Assembly (NCBI GenBank): GCA_029933705.1
Contig: JAOZNQ010000001.1
Span: 1-54,992 of the forward strand
DNA length: 54,992 bases
Origin: a bacterium
GTDB lineage: Bacteria > Hydrothermota > Tepidihabitantia > SM23-42
Reading direction: 5' to 3'
Made by a program: the position numbers and the translations under genes. The notes below the pieces were generated by a model that ran no database searches, was not told the DNA's origin, and saw nothing but the letters and a program-made list of their open reading frames with translations. Below are positions 17,050 through 26,515 of the stretch, in pieces (the first letter of the stretch is position 1; every line of letters starts with the position of its first letter).

Positions 17050-20000
17050 TTACTTTATCGTAATTAGCTTAACGGTTTTATGGAAATGATGGGATGTGAT
17101 GCGACAGAAGTAGACGCCGGATGGGACCTTTCGGAGGGTATTGTCATTACCATTCCAGTATATCTGATAATAGCCAGGGTCCAATTTCCCTGAAACCAGA
17201 GTCTTTATCAACTTACCACAGACATCATAGACCTTAATCTCCACGATATCGGCCCGGGGCAGGGCATATTTGAGACAGACCCGCTTCACAAACGGATTCG
17301 GAAAGACCGAAAAAGCATAAGAAACCGGCACCAACCGAACTGAACCCTCACCCGAACTATAAACCGTCTCATAACCACCACGAATCACCGGCCTCATCAC
17401 CAAACCCTCAGAAGTTGACTGAGCATTAACCTTAATTATCTCAGTATTCAAACGCTCACCACCCCGATATAAACTGTAGCCGATAATATCCTTGCTGTCA
17501 AAATAACTGGATGATATCGGCACCAACCTCAACTCACCCAACTCCTGAATGTCCACACCCGGATCAAGCTCAAAACCAAACACCCCAAAATACGCCCTAT
17601 CACCCTTCAACGCCTCAACAATCAACAAAACTTCCTCACCACCACACCAAGGATGACAGAAATTACCCACATCAAACCAGAAATTAACCACACCCTCAAC
17701 CTGCTCATAACCACAACCTATCATCCGCTCGGTTAAAGGATCCTCAGGCAAACCCGGACGATAAACCGTAAAAACAACACCATCACAACCAGATAACTCA
17801 AAATAACCACGCACCAGATGAGAAATACCCGGTTCACGGTAATTTATTTCTTTCTGTAAATCTCTATCAGCTAAACAATATAAAGAAGGATCTGTATCTT
17901 CAATCTCTTTCTTTAACTTTGTCCGTGATGCACTCGGGCTAATCATCCAGACCGAACCCCGACCCGGCGTAGTAAACTTACCCAGATGACTTTCAACCCC
18001 TGAATACTCGGGCTTACGAGCCAGTATCCTTGCCAGGGCGAGATTGCTGAATTCTGTAGGATTCCAGAATGTATCCACGATCGTAACAAACTCATAACCC
18101 CGACCCGAAGTAATCGCAAAGTCGGTTCCAGCCCAGTGCGGGAAGGGCACCGTGGTCCAGGTATAACTTTCATATAGCTGGTCATCCCGGAGATTGGTGA
18201 TCTTCACCAAGGGGTTGCCTGAGGGACTATATTCGGTTGTAATATCACTGACCGTATTGTAGACCGCATTATAGGGGATTGAGACCCAGTTTTTATCGGT
18301 GGTCGAAGGGTTTTCATTCAGGGTGATTAGACCATCCGGGTTATTTGAACCCACAAGGATAAGTGAGGTATCAACTGTAGTGACAAGTTCATAGGCACGA
18401 CCCGGAGTAATCGCAAAGTCGGTTCCAGCCCAGTGCGGGAAGGGCACCGTGGTCCAGGTATAACTTTCGTATAGCTGGTCATCCCGGAGATTGGTGATCT
18501 TCACCAAGGGGTCTCCGGAAGGACTCAGGTCAGTAGTCAGATCCGAGACTGTGGTATATTCATTATACCAGGGCAGACTTGTCCAGTTTTTGTCCGTAGC
18601 GGAAGGATTCTCCACAAACGCCTTATGGAAAACATAACCCATATTCGATCGGGATGACTTGGTGCCATATTTATTGAAGGCATAATTTATATAATAGTAA
18701 TTATCTGCACTATCCAGAACATTGGGGTCAGTGAAAAATGTATCCGGGCCTGCACTCAGGAAATTGTTGTATCCCGGAGTAAAATTAGGGTTTGTCGCGC
18801 GATAGATTGTATAATGGTCACAGATAATTGGGTTGCCTGAGACATCGGTCTTTACTGAATCCCAGGTGAGCAGGGCGTCGTTGGTCTGTTTTGATACCCT
18901 GAGGTCTGGAGCAAGTGGTGCATCATCAGGATATGAGAGGTATTTTACCAGGGCCTTAATCTCCCAGTCGGCCTGGGATGTATCAGAACCGCTGACCCAG
19001 GTCGGTGCATACCACTGGTCGGTATTGGTTCGGTCTGAATTGGAAAGGCTTCTGCCATCGATGTTTTCGTAATCGGCAAAATCTGAGAATGGAACCAAAA
19101 CGGTATCGGCACCGGATACCGGAGCAAACACTCCGAGCCAGAAATCACTGTCGGTTTCATAGTTTGAACCCTTTGAGCCCGAGGTAAAGTCGAGCCTTAC
19201 CCGATATATATAACCGCCCTGGGTCGCGCCGACTGAGTTGGGTGTAAAGCATACGGTATCGATGAATGTCGCAGATGCAGGATGGTTAAGGGTATCTGCC
19301 CACAGAAACAGGGTACAGGGTGCGGTGCAGTTGTCACGATTTGGCCAGATATTTATTAAGGCGCCCCAGACCGTGCACCTCCTTTCCGGTGTAAACCTTA
19401 CTGCATAGTATGGTTCGGCAACGCCGAGATCTCCCCAGGTTTCTTCATTATAGGATATCACATTGATTGTGCGACAGTAAACTGGTGCCTGGGTTGTGTC
19501 ATTACTGCGGTTTTGGTCTGAACTCAAATTGGTGTAGCCCTTTATTGTATAATCCATATCCGGTACCTGGGGTGTCCAGGAGCTGAAACTTATCTCCTGG
19601 ATTTCTGCAGGACCTAAGGTTGTCGATGTTGTATCCGCAAATTCAACGGTGTCCAGACTATCCAGGACCAGAAATATCACATTGAATGTTTCACTGTTCA
19701 ATCCAAAGTTTTCGACCGTTACCTGAGGCGTAATAGGATGGTCTGGATAGACCCAGTCATAGGGCACGGGGTTATCTAAGGATGTCACGCCGACATCATG
19801 GTCATATGGACTGCCATAGTATTTTACCCTTGCCCTTAACATCATATCATAAATCATAGGGCTGCCCCATCCTGAGCCGGTATTGGCATAGGAATGATAT
19901 GGTTGTTCATCGGTATTGTCAAAGCGGGGACAGATCGTATCTCCACCCTGAAGACCATAGGTCCATAAACCGAGTGAGAAGTCTTCGGCATTGGGTCGGT

Positions 20001-23000
20001 CAATCTTTTCTGCATTACTGAAATTGTAGGTATTCCATCCATTGATTGGGAATGCGGCTGTCTTTCGCCAGAGCCTGACTGTTGGTGTATCATTTTCAGC
20101 TTCATAGGCAAATAGGGTGCAGGCATGGGGTGAGCCGCCTACATAGAGCATATAATCAATCCCAATTACTGTGCAGGCGCGGGCTGGATAGAAGGTAACT
20201 GCCCAGTAGCAATTATTGTCGGTATAGATCCAGTAAGGACTATTGTCATCGTAAGCGAGGGTATCGTAGCTGTTTGTCAAAACATCCTGATAAAGGGTAT
20301 CATTACTCCGGTCCTCATCATTGGAAAGTTGGGTATAACACCGTAAATTATAGGTACCATCCTCCCAGTTTGGTGACCAGCCGGTGAATGTCAGGGTGTC
20401 GGATTCATATTTATTAAGTGTTTTTGAGACTGTTTTTGTATCAGTGTATATTTCATTGCCTGCTGAATCAATCTTCATAGTAACATTGAAATTTGACTGG
20501 GAATAGGCACCGATATTCTTTACCACTGCCTGAGGTATAACCGGGACCTGATTGATGATATGGACTGCGGGTGAGATAATTTCAGTGGTGGAGACATCAT
20601 TATTGTATGTAATATATTTGACCTGCACTTCGAACATTATCACCCCAGGGTCCTGTCCAGTCCACCAGTATCCCCAGGACCAGCCAGGATTTGTTCCCAC
20701 CCATGAGAATCTACCCACGCTGTCCTGATAGGTTACGCTCTGATCAACACCCATATATAGATTCCCTGCTTGTTGAATCACCGTAATATGGAAGAGTCCG
20801 GAATCGGGTGTCCAATAGACACGTTCTGCACCTGAGAGGTTGATTACAGTCCAGCCCTCAGGATTGATATTGCTGTTTGGGACATATTTTGATACCCAAG
20901 CGCTTGCGGTCTTTTTTGGTGCATAACGATAGGCCTGTCCTGCTGAATCGGGAATGATATAGGCAGTAAAACCGCCGGTGGTGCCAACATCATATGTATA
21001 GCATCTGATTGCTATAATACTACAGGCAGCAGCAGGCTGGGGCATTAATGTGGTATAGGCATAACTGGAACCACCGGTCCCGCCATAGAATCCGATATTG
21101 CCGTCGTCCCTCTTCAACCATACACCGGCAGCACCACCCCGAACATATACCGTATCAATGAGTGTATCATTAACCAAATTCTGGTCGCCGTTCAGAGTGG
21201 TATAGGCGGTAATAATGTAGCGGGAACTTGGACCACCTACTATCCAATCCTGGAAACTGATCAGCCTGCCCTTATTTATCTTATCGGTGCGGTCTGCAAG
21301 ACCTTCAACAAACACGGTATCTGCATAGACATTTGCCCCGGTTATCGTATCGATACGGCAGATCACCTTGAATGTTTCACGGTGAATCCCGCGATTCTGG
21401 ACAACGACCTTGGGTGTGATTCTGGAATAGGCATCAATTGAATCACCCTCATCCACCTGGGGACGGTATATCTTATTGACCGAAACATTTTTATCGAAGA
21501 CCTTCATCGATTCATAGGGATTGACCCTTCCTCCACCCATCAGTCCGGAGCGGCCCTCATTGGCAGGAACATAATCGATCCAGTCCGCACACTCAGTCAG
21601 AGCTGTTCTTATCTGATTTACATTCCAGCCCGGATGTTCGCTTTTGATCAGACCGATAACTCCGGCAGCCTTTGGTGCAGAAAAGGATGTTCCCCAGGCC
21701 ATAGCTTCATAGCCGATGCTATACTGTCCACCGGTTGCCAGACATTCAATCCAGGGTCCATAGACATAGATATTTTCATCTCCGGACTGGGTTGCGCCGA
21801 CAGCAATGGCATTTCCAAAATAGGCAGGATAACTGATCTCAGGATAGTCTGCATTACCTGAAGATGCGGTAACCAGACATCCATTATCCACCGCATAATT
21901 GACCGCAGCCTCAACCCCGGCACCAGGTGAGGTGCCGCCAAAACTTGCATTCTCAACGATACAGCCGTTATCTGCTCCCCATTTGAATGCTGCTATTTCA
22001 GCCGCGGTGGTGTTTCTCATCCCATAATAGGTCCAGGTGCAACCATGGGTAGAACCCCAGCCTCCAGCAACACCACATTGGCCATAACCATTATTGTTTT
22101 CTGCAGCCATACATCCGGCACAGGCAGTGGCATGGGTGGTTGCAGACCCGGCGTTTCCACCTCCAGAGCCCGCATAATTGAGGTCAAGGTCCTGATTATT
22201 ATAATCAGGATGGGCACCAATATTCGGATTGGATGCAGGGCCCAATGCAATATGGCAGACCTTTACTCCTGATGAACCGGTATTTAGATACCAGGCCTCA
22301 CGACATTTCATCTCATCCCAGGACCAGGGTGTCTGGGTGTAGTAAGGGTCATTCGGAGCAGGATACTGGGGTATATTCATCGGATAGAGTTGCCAGTTAG
22401 GTGATGCCTCTTTTACGACAGGGTCTTTGAGATACTCTTCAGATATCTTTTTTACATCAACCGCAGAAGGGAATTTTATCAGGTATATGAGGTCCAGCCC
22501 ATGCTTCATAACCGATTGCTTTTTGCCTTTTTTAATCGTCTCAGGCTTGATCACACGCTCAATCGAGACCACTCTATATTTTTTGTTGATTCTGTCGATA
22601 GATTGAATACCAAATACTGGCATTCCATTTCTTGTGGCGGTTTTTATCAGGGCGCGTGCTCGATTTTTAAACTGAACAATGACCTCTCCTGGTATGTATT
22701 TTTGTGAACCATCAGGATTGACCCAGCCCTCTTTAACAAGATATTCACGCCACCTTTTTACCTGTTCTTTTTCCCATCTTCGCAGCTGGGTTGTTTCGGC
22801 AGGCTTATAAGGAAGGGATATCGATTTTTGCTTTTTGATATTCAGCGGATGGAGGATCTTTGCCTTTGAATTTAGACCCTTGTTAACCTGGGGCTGGCCA
22901 TTTTTAATAACCTGAAAACCCTTTTGTTTTGCTTCATTATGGGGTAAATTTTTTTGACCTGTCTGGCTGAGACCAGCATAGGCAAGTCCAAAAATTACTC

Positions 23001-23043
23001 CAATGAAGCAGATTGTCACTAACCTTATAATTAGACTCTTCAT
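17050..23043 (-). CDS. Giant secreted subtilase-like (S8 fold) multidomain protein with a T9SS C-terminal sorting domain
   Basis: The start is taken as ATG 23043, preceded by AAAGGAGAAGG, giving the signal peptide MKSLIIRLVTICFIGVIFGLAYA. I9-like propeptide (GEVIVQFKNRA...). S8 motifs are THATACAGCMAA (His), ASSGNADY (Asn) and GTSFSAPKAAGVIGL (Ser, codon 21685-21687). Three CARDB-like modules, an FN3-like segment, two 99-aa repeats and a T9SS CTD follow. Confidence 0.85.
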   Translation of the reverse strand: MKSLIIRLVTICFIGVIFGLAYAGLSQTGQKNLPHNEAKQKGFQVIKNGQPQVNKGLNSKAKILHPLNIKKQKSISLPYKPAETTQLRRWEKEQVKRWREYLVKEGWVNPDGSQKYIPGEVIVQFKNRARALIKTATRNGMPVFGIQSIDRINKKYRVVSIERVIKPETIKKGKKQSVMKHGLDLIYLIKFPSAVDVKKISEEYLKDPVVKEASPNWQLYPMNIPQYPAPNDPYYTQTPWSWDEMKCREAWYLNTGSSGVKVCHIALGPASNPNIGAHPDYNNQDLDLNYAGSGGGNAGSATTHATACAGCMAAENNNGYGQCGVAGGWGSTHGCTWTYYGMRNTTAAEIAAFKWGADNGCIVENASFGGTSPGAGVEAAVNYAVDNGCLVTASSGNADYPEISYPAYFGNAIAVGATQSGDENIYVYGPWIECLATGGQYSIGYEAMAWGTSFSAPKAAGVIGLIKSEHPGWNVNQIRTALTECADWIDYVPANEGRSGLMGGGRVNPYESMKVFDKNVSVNKIYRPQVDEGDSIDAYSRITPKVVVQNRGIHRETFKVICRIDTITGANVYADTVFVEGLADRTDKINKGRLISFQDWIVGGPSSRYIITAYTTLNGDQNLVNDTLIDTVYVRGGAAGVWLKRDDGNIGFYGGTGGSSYAYTTLMPQPAAACSIIAIRCYTYDVGTTGGFTAYIIPDSAGQAYRYAPKKTASAWVSKYVPNSNINPEGWTVINLSGAERVYWTPDSGLFHITVIQQAGNLYMGVDQSVTYQDSVGRFSWVGTNPGWSWGYWWTGQDPGVIMFEVQVKYITYNNDVSTTEIISPAVHIINQVPVIPQAVVKNIGAYSQSNFNVTMKIDSAGNEIYTDTKTVSKTLNKYESDTLTFTGWSPNWEDGTYNLRCYTQLSNDEDRSNDTLYQDVLTNSYDTLAYDDNSPYWIYTDNNCYWAVTFYPARACTVIGIDYMLYVGGSPHACTLFAYEAENDTPTVRLWRKTAAFPINGWNTYNFSNAEKIDRPNAEDFSLGLWTYGLQGGDTICPRFDNTDEQPYHSYANTGSGWGSPMIYDMMLRARVKYYGSPYDHDVGVTSLDNPVPYDWVYPDHPITPQVTVENFGLNSETFNVIFLVLDSLDTVEFADTTSTTLGPAEIQEISFSSWTPQVPDMDYTIKGYTNLSSDQNRSNDTTQAPVYCRTINVISYNEETWGDLGVAEPYYAVRFTPERRCTVWGALINIWPNRDNCTAPCTLFLWADTLNHPASATFIDTVCFTPNSVGATQGGYIYRVRLDFTSGSKGSNYETDSDFWLGVFAPVSGADTVLVPFSDFADYENIDGRSLSNSDRTNTDQWYAPTWVSGSDTSQADWEIKALVKYLSYPDDAPLAPDLRVSKQTNDALLTWDSVKTDVSGNPIICDHYTIYRATNPNFTPGYNNFLSAGPDTFFTDPNVLDSADNYYYINYAFNKYGTKSSRSNMGYVFHKAFVENPSATDKNWTSLPWYNEYTTVSDLTTDLSPSGDPLVKITNLRDDQLYESYTWTTVPFPHWAGTDFAITPGRAYELVTTVDTSLILVGSNNPDGLITLNENPSTTDKNWVSIPYNAVYNTVSDITTEYSPSGNPLVKITNLRDDQLYESYTWTTVPFPHWAGTDFAITSGRGYEFVTIVDTFWNPTEFSNLALARILARKPEYSGVESHLGKFTTPGRGSVWMISPSASRTKLKKEIEDTDPSLYCLADRDLQKEINYREPGISHLVRGYFELSGCDGVVFTVYRPGLPEDPLTERMIGCGYEQVEGVVNFWFDVGNFCHPWCGGEEVLLIVEALKGDRAYFGVFGFELDPGVDIQELGELRLVPISSSYFDSKDIIGYSLYRGGERLNTEIIKVNAQSTSEGLVMRPVIRGGYETVYSSGEGSVRLVPVSYAFSVFPNPFVKRVCLKYALPRADIVEIKVYDVCGKLIKTLVSGKLDPGYYQIYWNGNDNTLRKVPSGVYFCRITSHHFHKTVKLITIK
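17053..17313 (-). other. T9SS (Por) C-terminal sorting domain of the giant protein
   Basis: The last 87 aa are FSVFPNPFVKRVCLKYALPRADIVEIKVYDVCGKLIKTLVSGKLDPGYYQIYWNGNDNTLRKVPSGVYFCRITSHHFHKTVKLITIK. This matches the type-A CTD pattern: PNPF, a strand, YD..G, W.G.D, SGVYF. Confidence 0.8.
18101..18215 (-). repeat. Copy 1 of a 115-nt near-identical core within tandem 99-aa (297-nt) repeats
   Basis: 18101-18215 versus 18398-18512 is offset by exactly 297 nt, and I count 2 mismatches (18108/18405 and 18172/18469). The flanking repeat sequence is much more diverged. Confidence 0.9.
18398..18512 (-). repeat. Copy 2 of the 115-nt near-identical core
   Basis: See copy 1. Both copies encode ...LVKITNLRDDQLYESYTWTTVPFPHWAGTDFAIT... 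Confidence 0.9.
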
Positions 23044-23135
23044 ACCTTCTCCTTTCACTATTTTTGATAAAGTTTGAATTTTAAAAAGAATCACTCAAAA
23101 CCAGCCGATATCTATAGGCTTAAGTCTTGTGTCTC

Positions 23136-23163
23136 ATTATAACAAAATTTTTCAATTTGTCAA
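23136..23163 (-). promoter_or_regulatory. Consensus sigma70 promoter for the giant subtilase-like gene (leader of about 85 nt with SD)
   Basis: Minus strand reads TTGACA (23163-23158), a 16-nt spacer (aattgaaaaattttgt), then TATAAT (23141-23136). Confidence 0.7.
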
Positions 23164-23266
23164 GGGCCAAAAACAGATGGCAGAAACTGAGTAATCGGGT
23201 GGCTTCGAATTTTTATATTTGATTTTACTTACTGTGTCGAATTAAATAAGAGTGGTTGAAAGCATT

Positions 23267-24091
23267 TTAGTACTTATAAATATTTCTGTTATGCTCAATT
23301 TCATAAAGGTTGATCCGCGCCTGAACTTCGTATATTGAACCAGAAGATAGTCTCATAACTTCATTGAAAATCTGGATGGCGGATGAACGGTAAGTGTTTT
23401 TTCCAGTGATTTCGAAGAGAACCCGGTTCAGATATCCAAGTTCCATCAGCGCAAGGATATATTCTTCCGCATCAGGGTATTTTTTAATAAAATTCTGCCA
23501 CATCCTCAGTTCATGCTGAATGGGTAATAAGAAATCGCTCCAGGGTTGAGATATTTGGCGATAGAGTTTGATCAGTTGATACTCCGCCTTTGGGGTGTAT
23601 GGACTTTCAGGAAATTCAGTGATAAGCCTCATAAAGGCATCACCTGGATAATACCATCTTTTGGTTCGAGGATTGAATTTTAAACCCGGAATCGTATCAG
23701 TTTCTTTGAGTTTCTCTGCCCATCGTATGTATGCGAGTCCAGCATAATAGAGGGCCATATCAAGATAGTTCGATTTTGGAAAGTGATTGATGAACAGGTT
23801 GAATAACCTTACCGCCTTTGGATAATCCGCTTCGTCGAAATATCCCCGGGCAAAGATTAACAATTCTTCTTCACCTATCGGTCCTTTCAGGTCAATTAAA
23901 ACACCCGGGCTGAGCTGTCCTGTGGCATTATTGAATTCTACTTTGATAAAATCACCCGATTTTTTTATGACCTTTACGGTATCACCTGTATTCAGAATTT
24001 TCGTCTTATGGTTGTTACCATAGAACCAGACATTGTCGACGATGACAACGGCCGGTCTGGTTGATAAAATAGATAAGAGTAGATAGAGCAT
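23267..24091 (-). CDS. Envelope protein with SH3b-like N-terminal segment and BamD/YbgF-type TPR repeats
   Basis: Repeated [F/Y]P.S.Y...A.Y-type motifs: FINHFPKSNYLDMALYYAGLAY, ITEFPESPYTPKAEYQLIKLY, FIKKYPDAEEYILALMELGY. ATG 24091 overlaps the upstream stop (TAATG), whereas the track start 24118 would overlap by 28 nt. Confidence 0.45.
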   Translation of the reverse strand: MLYLLLSILSTRPAVVIVDNVWFYGNNHKTKILNTGDTVKVIKKSGDFIKVEFNNATGQLSPGVLIDLKGPIGEEELLIFARGYFDEADYPKAVRLFNLFINHFPKSNYLDMALYYAGLAYIRWAEKLKETDTIPGLKFNPRTKRWYYPGDAFMRLITEFPESPYTPKAEYQLIKLYRQISQPWSDFLLPIQHELRMWQNFIKKYPDAEEYILALMELGYLNRVLFEITGKNTYRSSAIQIFNEVMRLSSGSIYEVQARINLYEIEHNRNIYKY

Positions 24092-25059
24092 TAAATATAA
24101 CCCTGTTCCTGATACCATTTGATCGTCTTTTTCAGGCCTTTTTCTAATGAATATTCAGGTTTGAAATTGAGTTCCGTGACTGCGCGGCTGTCGTTGCAGA
24201 CCCAGTAGCGTGCCGAGATTTCTCTCACCTTGTCGCGGGATATGAGCCTTCTCTTTTCCGGCAGAAAGATGTCATTGAAGAGGCCGGCCAGAAGGCTAAG
24301 CGATTTTGGGATGTAGATTCTAATATTTTTCTTCTTCAAAATCTTGGAGATTTCATCGAACAATTCAGAGAATTTGTAAATATTTCCATCATTGATAAAA
24401 TATATGCGGTTGTGAAAACTGTCCGATTCAATTATCTTTAATATAACCCGGACGAGATCGGCAACATAGATAAGATTGATATACTTTTCACCCCAGCCCG
24501 GAATTAAACCGAGGCCGAGGTTCAGAAGTTTTATATATCTCAGGATATCTAAATCATAAGGTCCATATACGGAAACTGGCCGCAGTATTGTATACTGAAG
24601 ACCACTCTGGATTACTGCCTGCTCAGCCAGATATTTTGTCCGGCCATAAAAGGAGATAGGTCGTGGTGGTGTTGACTCATCCAGTGGTCTCTTGTTTGGA
24701 GCCGGGCCACAGGCAGCTTGGGAACTGAGAAAGAGGATTTTTTTGACGGCCTTTTTCTTCATTGCAGAAGTGATGTTTATTGTACCCAGGGTATTTGTAT
24801 TATAGAACTCAAAATAGTTTTTGCCCATAGTTCGAGCCGCACAGTGTATTACGATTTCGATATCGTCAAGAGCATCAGGAAGGCCATAATTTTGTTCCAA
24901 ATCTCCGAGAACGATTTCTGCATTCTCCAGGTTCTTTAACAAACCGATATTTGAGGTGGGTCGCACCAGAAACCGAGCTTCTTTTGAACGAACAATTAGC
25001 GGTGCAAGATTTTTGCCGATGAATCCGGTTGCTCCGGTAATAAGAATCTTAGGCGCCAT
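24091..25059 (-). CDS. NAD-dependent epimerase/dehydratase (extended SDR)
   Basis: ITGATGFIGKNL (Rossmann fold) and YGRTK (YxxxK). Confidence 0.8.
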   Translation of the reverse strand: MAPKILITGATGFIGKNLAPLIVRSKEARFLVRPTSNIGLLKNLENAEIVLGDLEQNYGLPDALDDIEIVIHCAARTMGKNYFEFYNTNTLGTINITSAMKKKAVKKILFLSSQAACGPAPNKRPLDESTPPRPISFYGRTKYLAEQAVIQSGLQYTILRPVSVYGPYDLDILRYIKLLNLGLGLIPGWGEKYINLIYVADLVRVILKIIESDSFHNRIYFINDGNIYKFSELFDEISKILKKKNIRIYIPKSLSLLAGLFNDIFLPEKRRLISRDKVREISARYWVCNDSRAVTELNFKPEYSLEKGLKKTIKWYQEQGYI

Positions 25060-26515
25060 TATTCCCCTTCAGAATCTTTTCTTCAATCTTTTTGCCAACA
25101 TCTTTTGGATTTAACCTTCCTTTGGTGGTTTTCATTACATATCCCACCAGCACTCCAATTGCCCTGATCTTACCCCTCCTGATCTTCTGTACAATTTCAG
25201 GGTTTTTTCTGATTACCATATCTACTGTCTGCTCAAGAATCTGTGGGTCTTCTATCTGAATTAGATTCTCAACTTTTATGATTTCTTCAGGTGATCTATG
25301 TTCTGAAACCATTATGTTGAAGATATCCTTTGCGGTCTTTGAGGTTATTTTTTTCTCTGCAACCTGTGCAAGTAGTTCGGCAATCCATTGTGCCGGGATA
25401 TTGAATTCTGATAATTCGAGATTATTTACATTCAGATATCCAAGCACTTCAGTGGTGAGAAAATTTATGATTCCTGTGTCATTTGTCTTTTTTGTTATCC
25501 TTTCATAATATTCTTTTATCGCAGAAAAGTATTCATAGCCGTTGATGTTTATGATCGTCTCGATTCGGGCAGATGGAATGCCGAGTTTTTTCAACCTTTT
25601 CCTTATCTCATCAGGCATTAATACATCAATGGAACGGTCGAGTGTTTTAATATAATCGTCATCAATCTTGAGCAAGGGAAGATCCGGCTCTGGGAAATAT
25701 CGGTAGTCCGCAGATTTCTCCTTGGTCCGCAGGGGAACTAACATCTTTTTCTTATCGTCCCATCCCATTGTCTTCGGGATGACCTTTTTCCCTTTTCGAA
25801 GTAGACCTATCTGCCTTTCAATCTCACATCTCATCGCCTCCCTTACATTTGCAAATGAGTTGATATTCTTTATCTCTACCTTAGGGCCGAGGTTCTCTTC
25901 ACCCCTACTCCTTATTGATATATTCGGCTCACAGCGCATCTGACCTCGTGCCATATTGGCCTCACTGACCCCAAGCCGAACAAGGATAATCCTTAACTCA
26001 CGCAGGAACCTTTCAACAATTTGGGTATCTCCGATAATCGGTTCGGTGACGACCTCAATCAGAGGAATCCCTGCACGGTTGAAATCGATTAATAATTTTT
26101 TATCTTTATAAAGAAGTCGGGCGGTATCCTCTTCAAGGTGGATGCGTCTTATGCTGATTTTTTTATTGCTGATGGTCAAATAACCATCTTGGGCCAGTGG
26201 TCGGTCATATTGGGTTATCTGATAACCTTTGGGAAAGTCAGGATAGAAATAGTGTTTACGGGCAAAGGCACTGATTTTATTTATTGTGCAGTTTAATCTC
26301 TTCGCCGCAATGATTGCCAGCTCAACCGCCCTTCTATTCAGGACCGGGAGTGTTCCAGGAAGACCAAGGCATTGGGGACAGACATTTTTGTTGGGTGGTA
26401 TATTGTATTCAACCGGGCAGGAACAGAACAGTTTACTCTCGGTCTTGAGTTGAATATGAACCTCAAGTCCGATAACCGGTTCGTATCCCTTAAAGCCTTC
26501 TGGTCGAACTTTCAT
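25049..26515 (-). CDS. gatB: Asp-tRNA(Asn)/Glu-tRNA(Gln) amidotransferase subunit B
   Basis: YEPVIGLEVHIQL, CPVCLGLPG-like CPQCLGLPGTLPVLN, and a C-terminal GatB/YqeY domain. Confidence 0.95.
   Translation of the reverse strand: MKVRPEGFKGYEPVIGLEVHIQLKTESKLFCSCPVEYNIPPNKNVCPQCLGLPGTLPVLNRRAVELAIIAAKRLNCTINKISAFARKHYFYPDFPKGYQITQYDRPLAQDGYLTISNKKISIRRIHLEEDTARLLYKDKKLLIDFNRAGIPLIEVVTEPIIGDTQIVERFLRELRIILVRLGVSEANMARGQMRCEPNISIRSRGEENLGPKVEIKNINSFANVREAMRCEIERQIGLLRKGKKVIPKTMGWDDKKKMLVPLRTKEKSADYRYFPEPDLPLLKIDDDYIKTLDRSIDVLMPDEIRKRLKKLGIPSARIETIININGYEYFSAIKEYYERITKKTNDTGIINFLTTEVLGYLNVNNLELSEFNIPAQWIAELLAQVAEKKITSKTAKDIFNIMVSEHRSPEEIIKVENLIQIEDPQILEQTVDMVIRKNPEIVQKIRRGKIRAIGVLVGYVMKTTKGRLNPKDVGKKIEEKILKGNNGA

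Noticed and set aside
18101-18512. Possibility that the two near-identical 115-nt segments are a diversity-generating retroelement TR/VR pair
   Set aside because: No reverse transcriptase gene is nearby. The two copies are in-frame tandem units of the same gene. The only two differences are transitions rather than the adenine-specific pattern of DGRs.
23164-23266. Small RNA or terminator in the 170-nt gap upstream of the subtilase gene
   Set aside because: Apart from the promoter, I found no convincing hairpin, conserved-looking structure or ORF. The region is AT-rich spacer.
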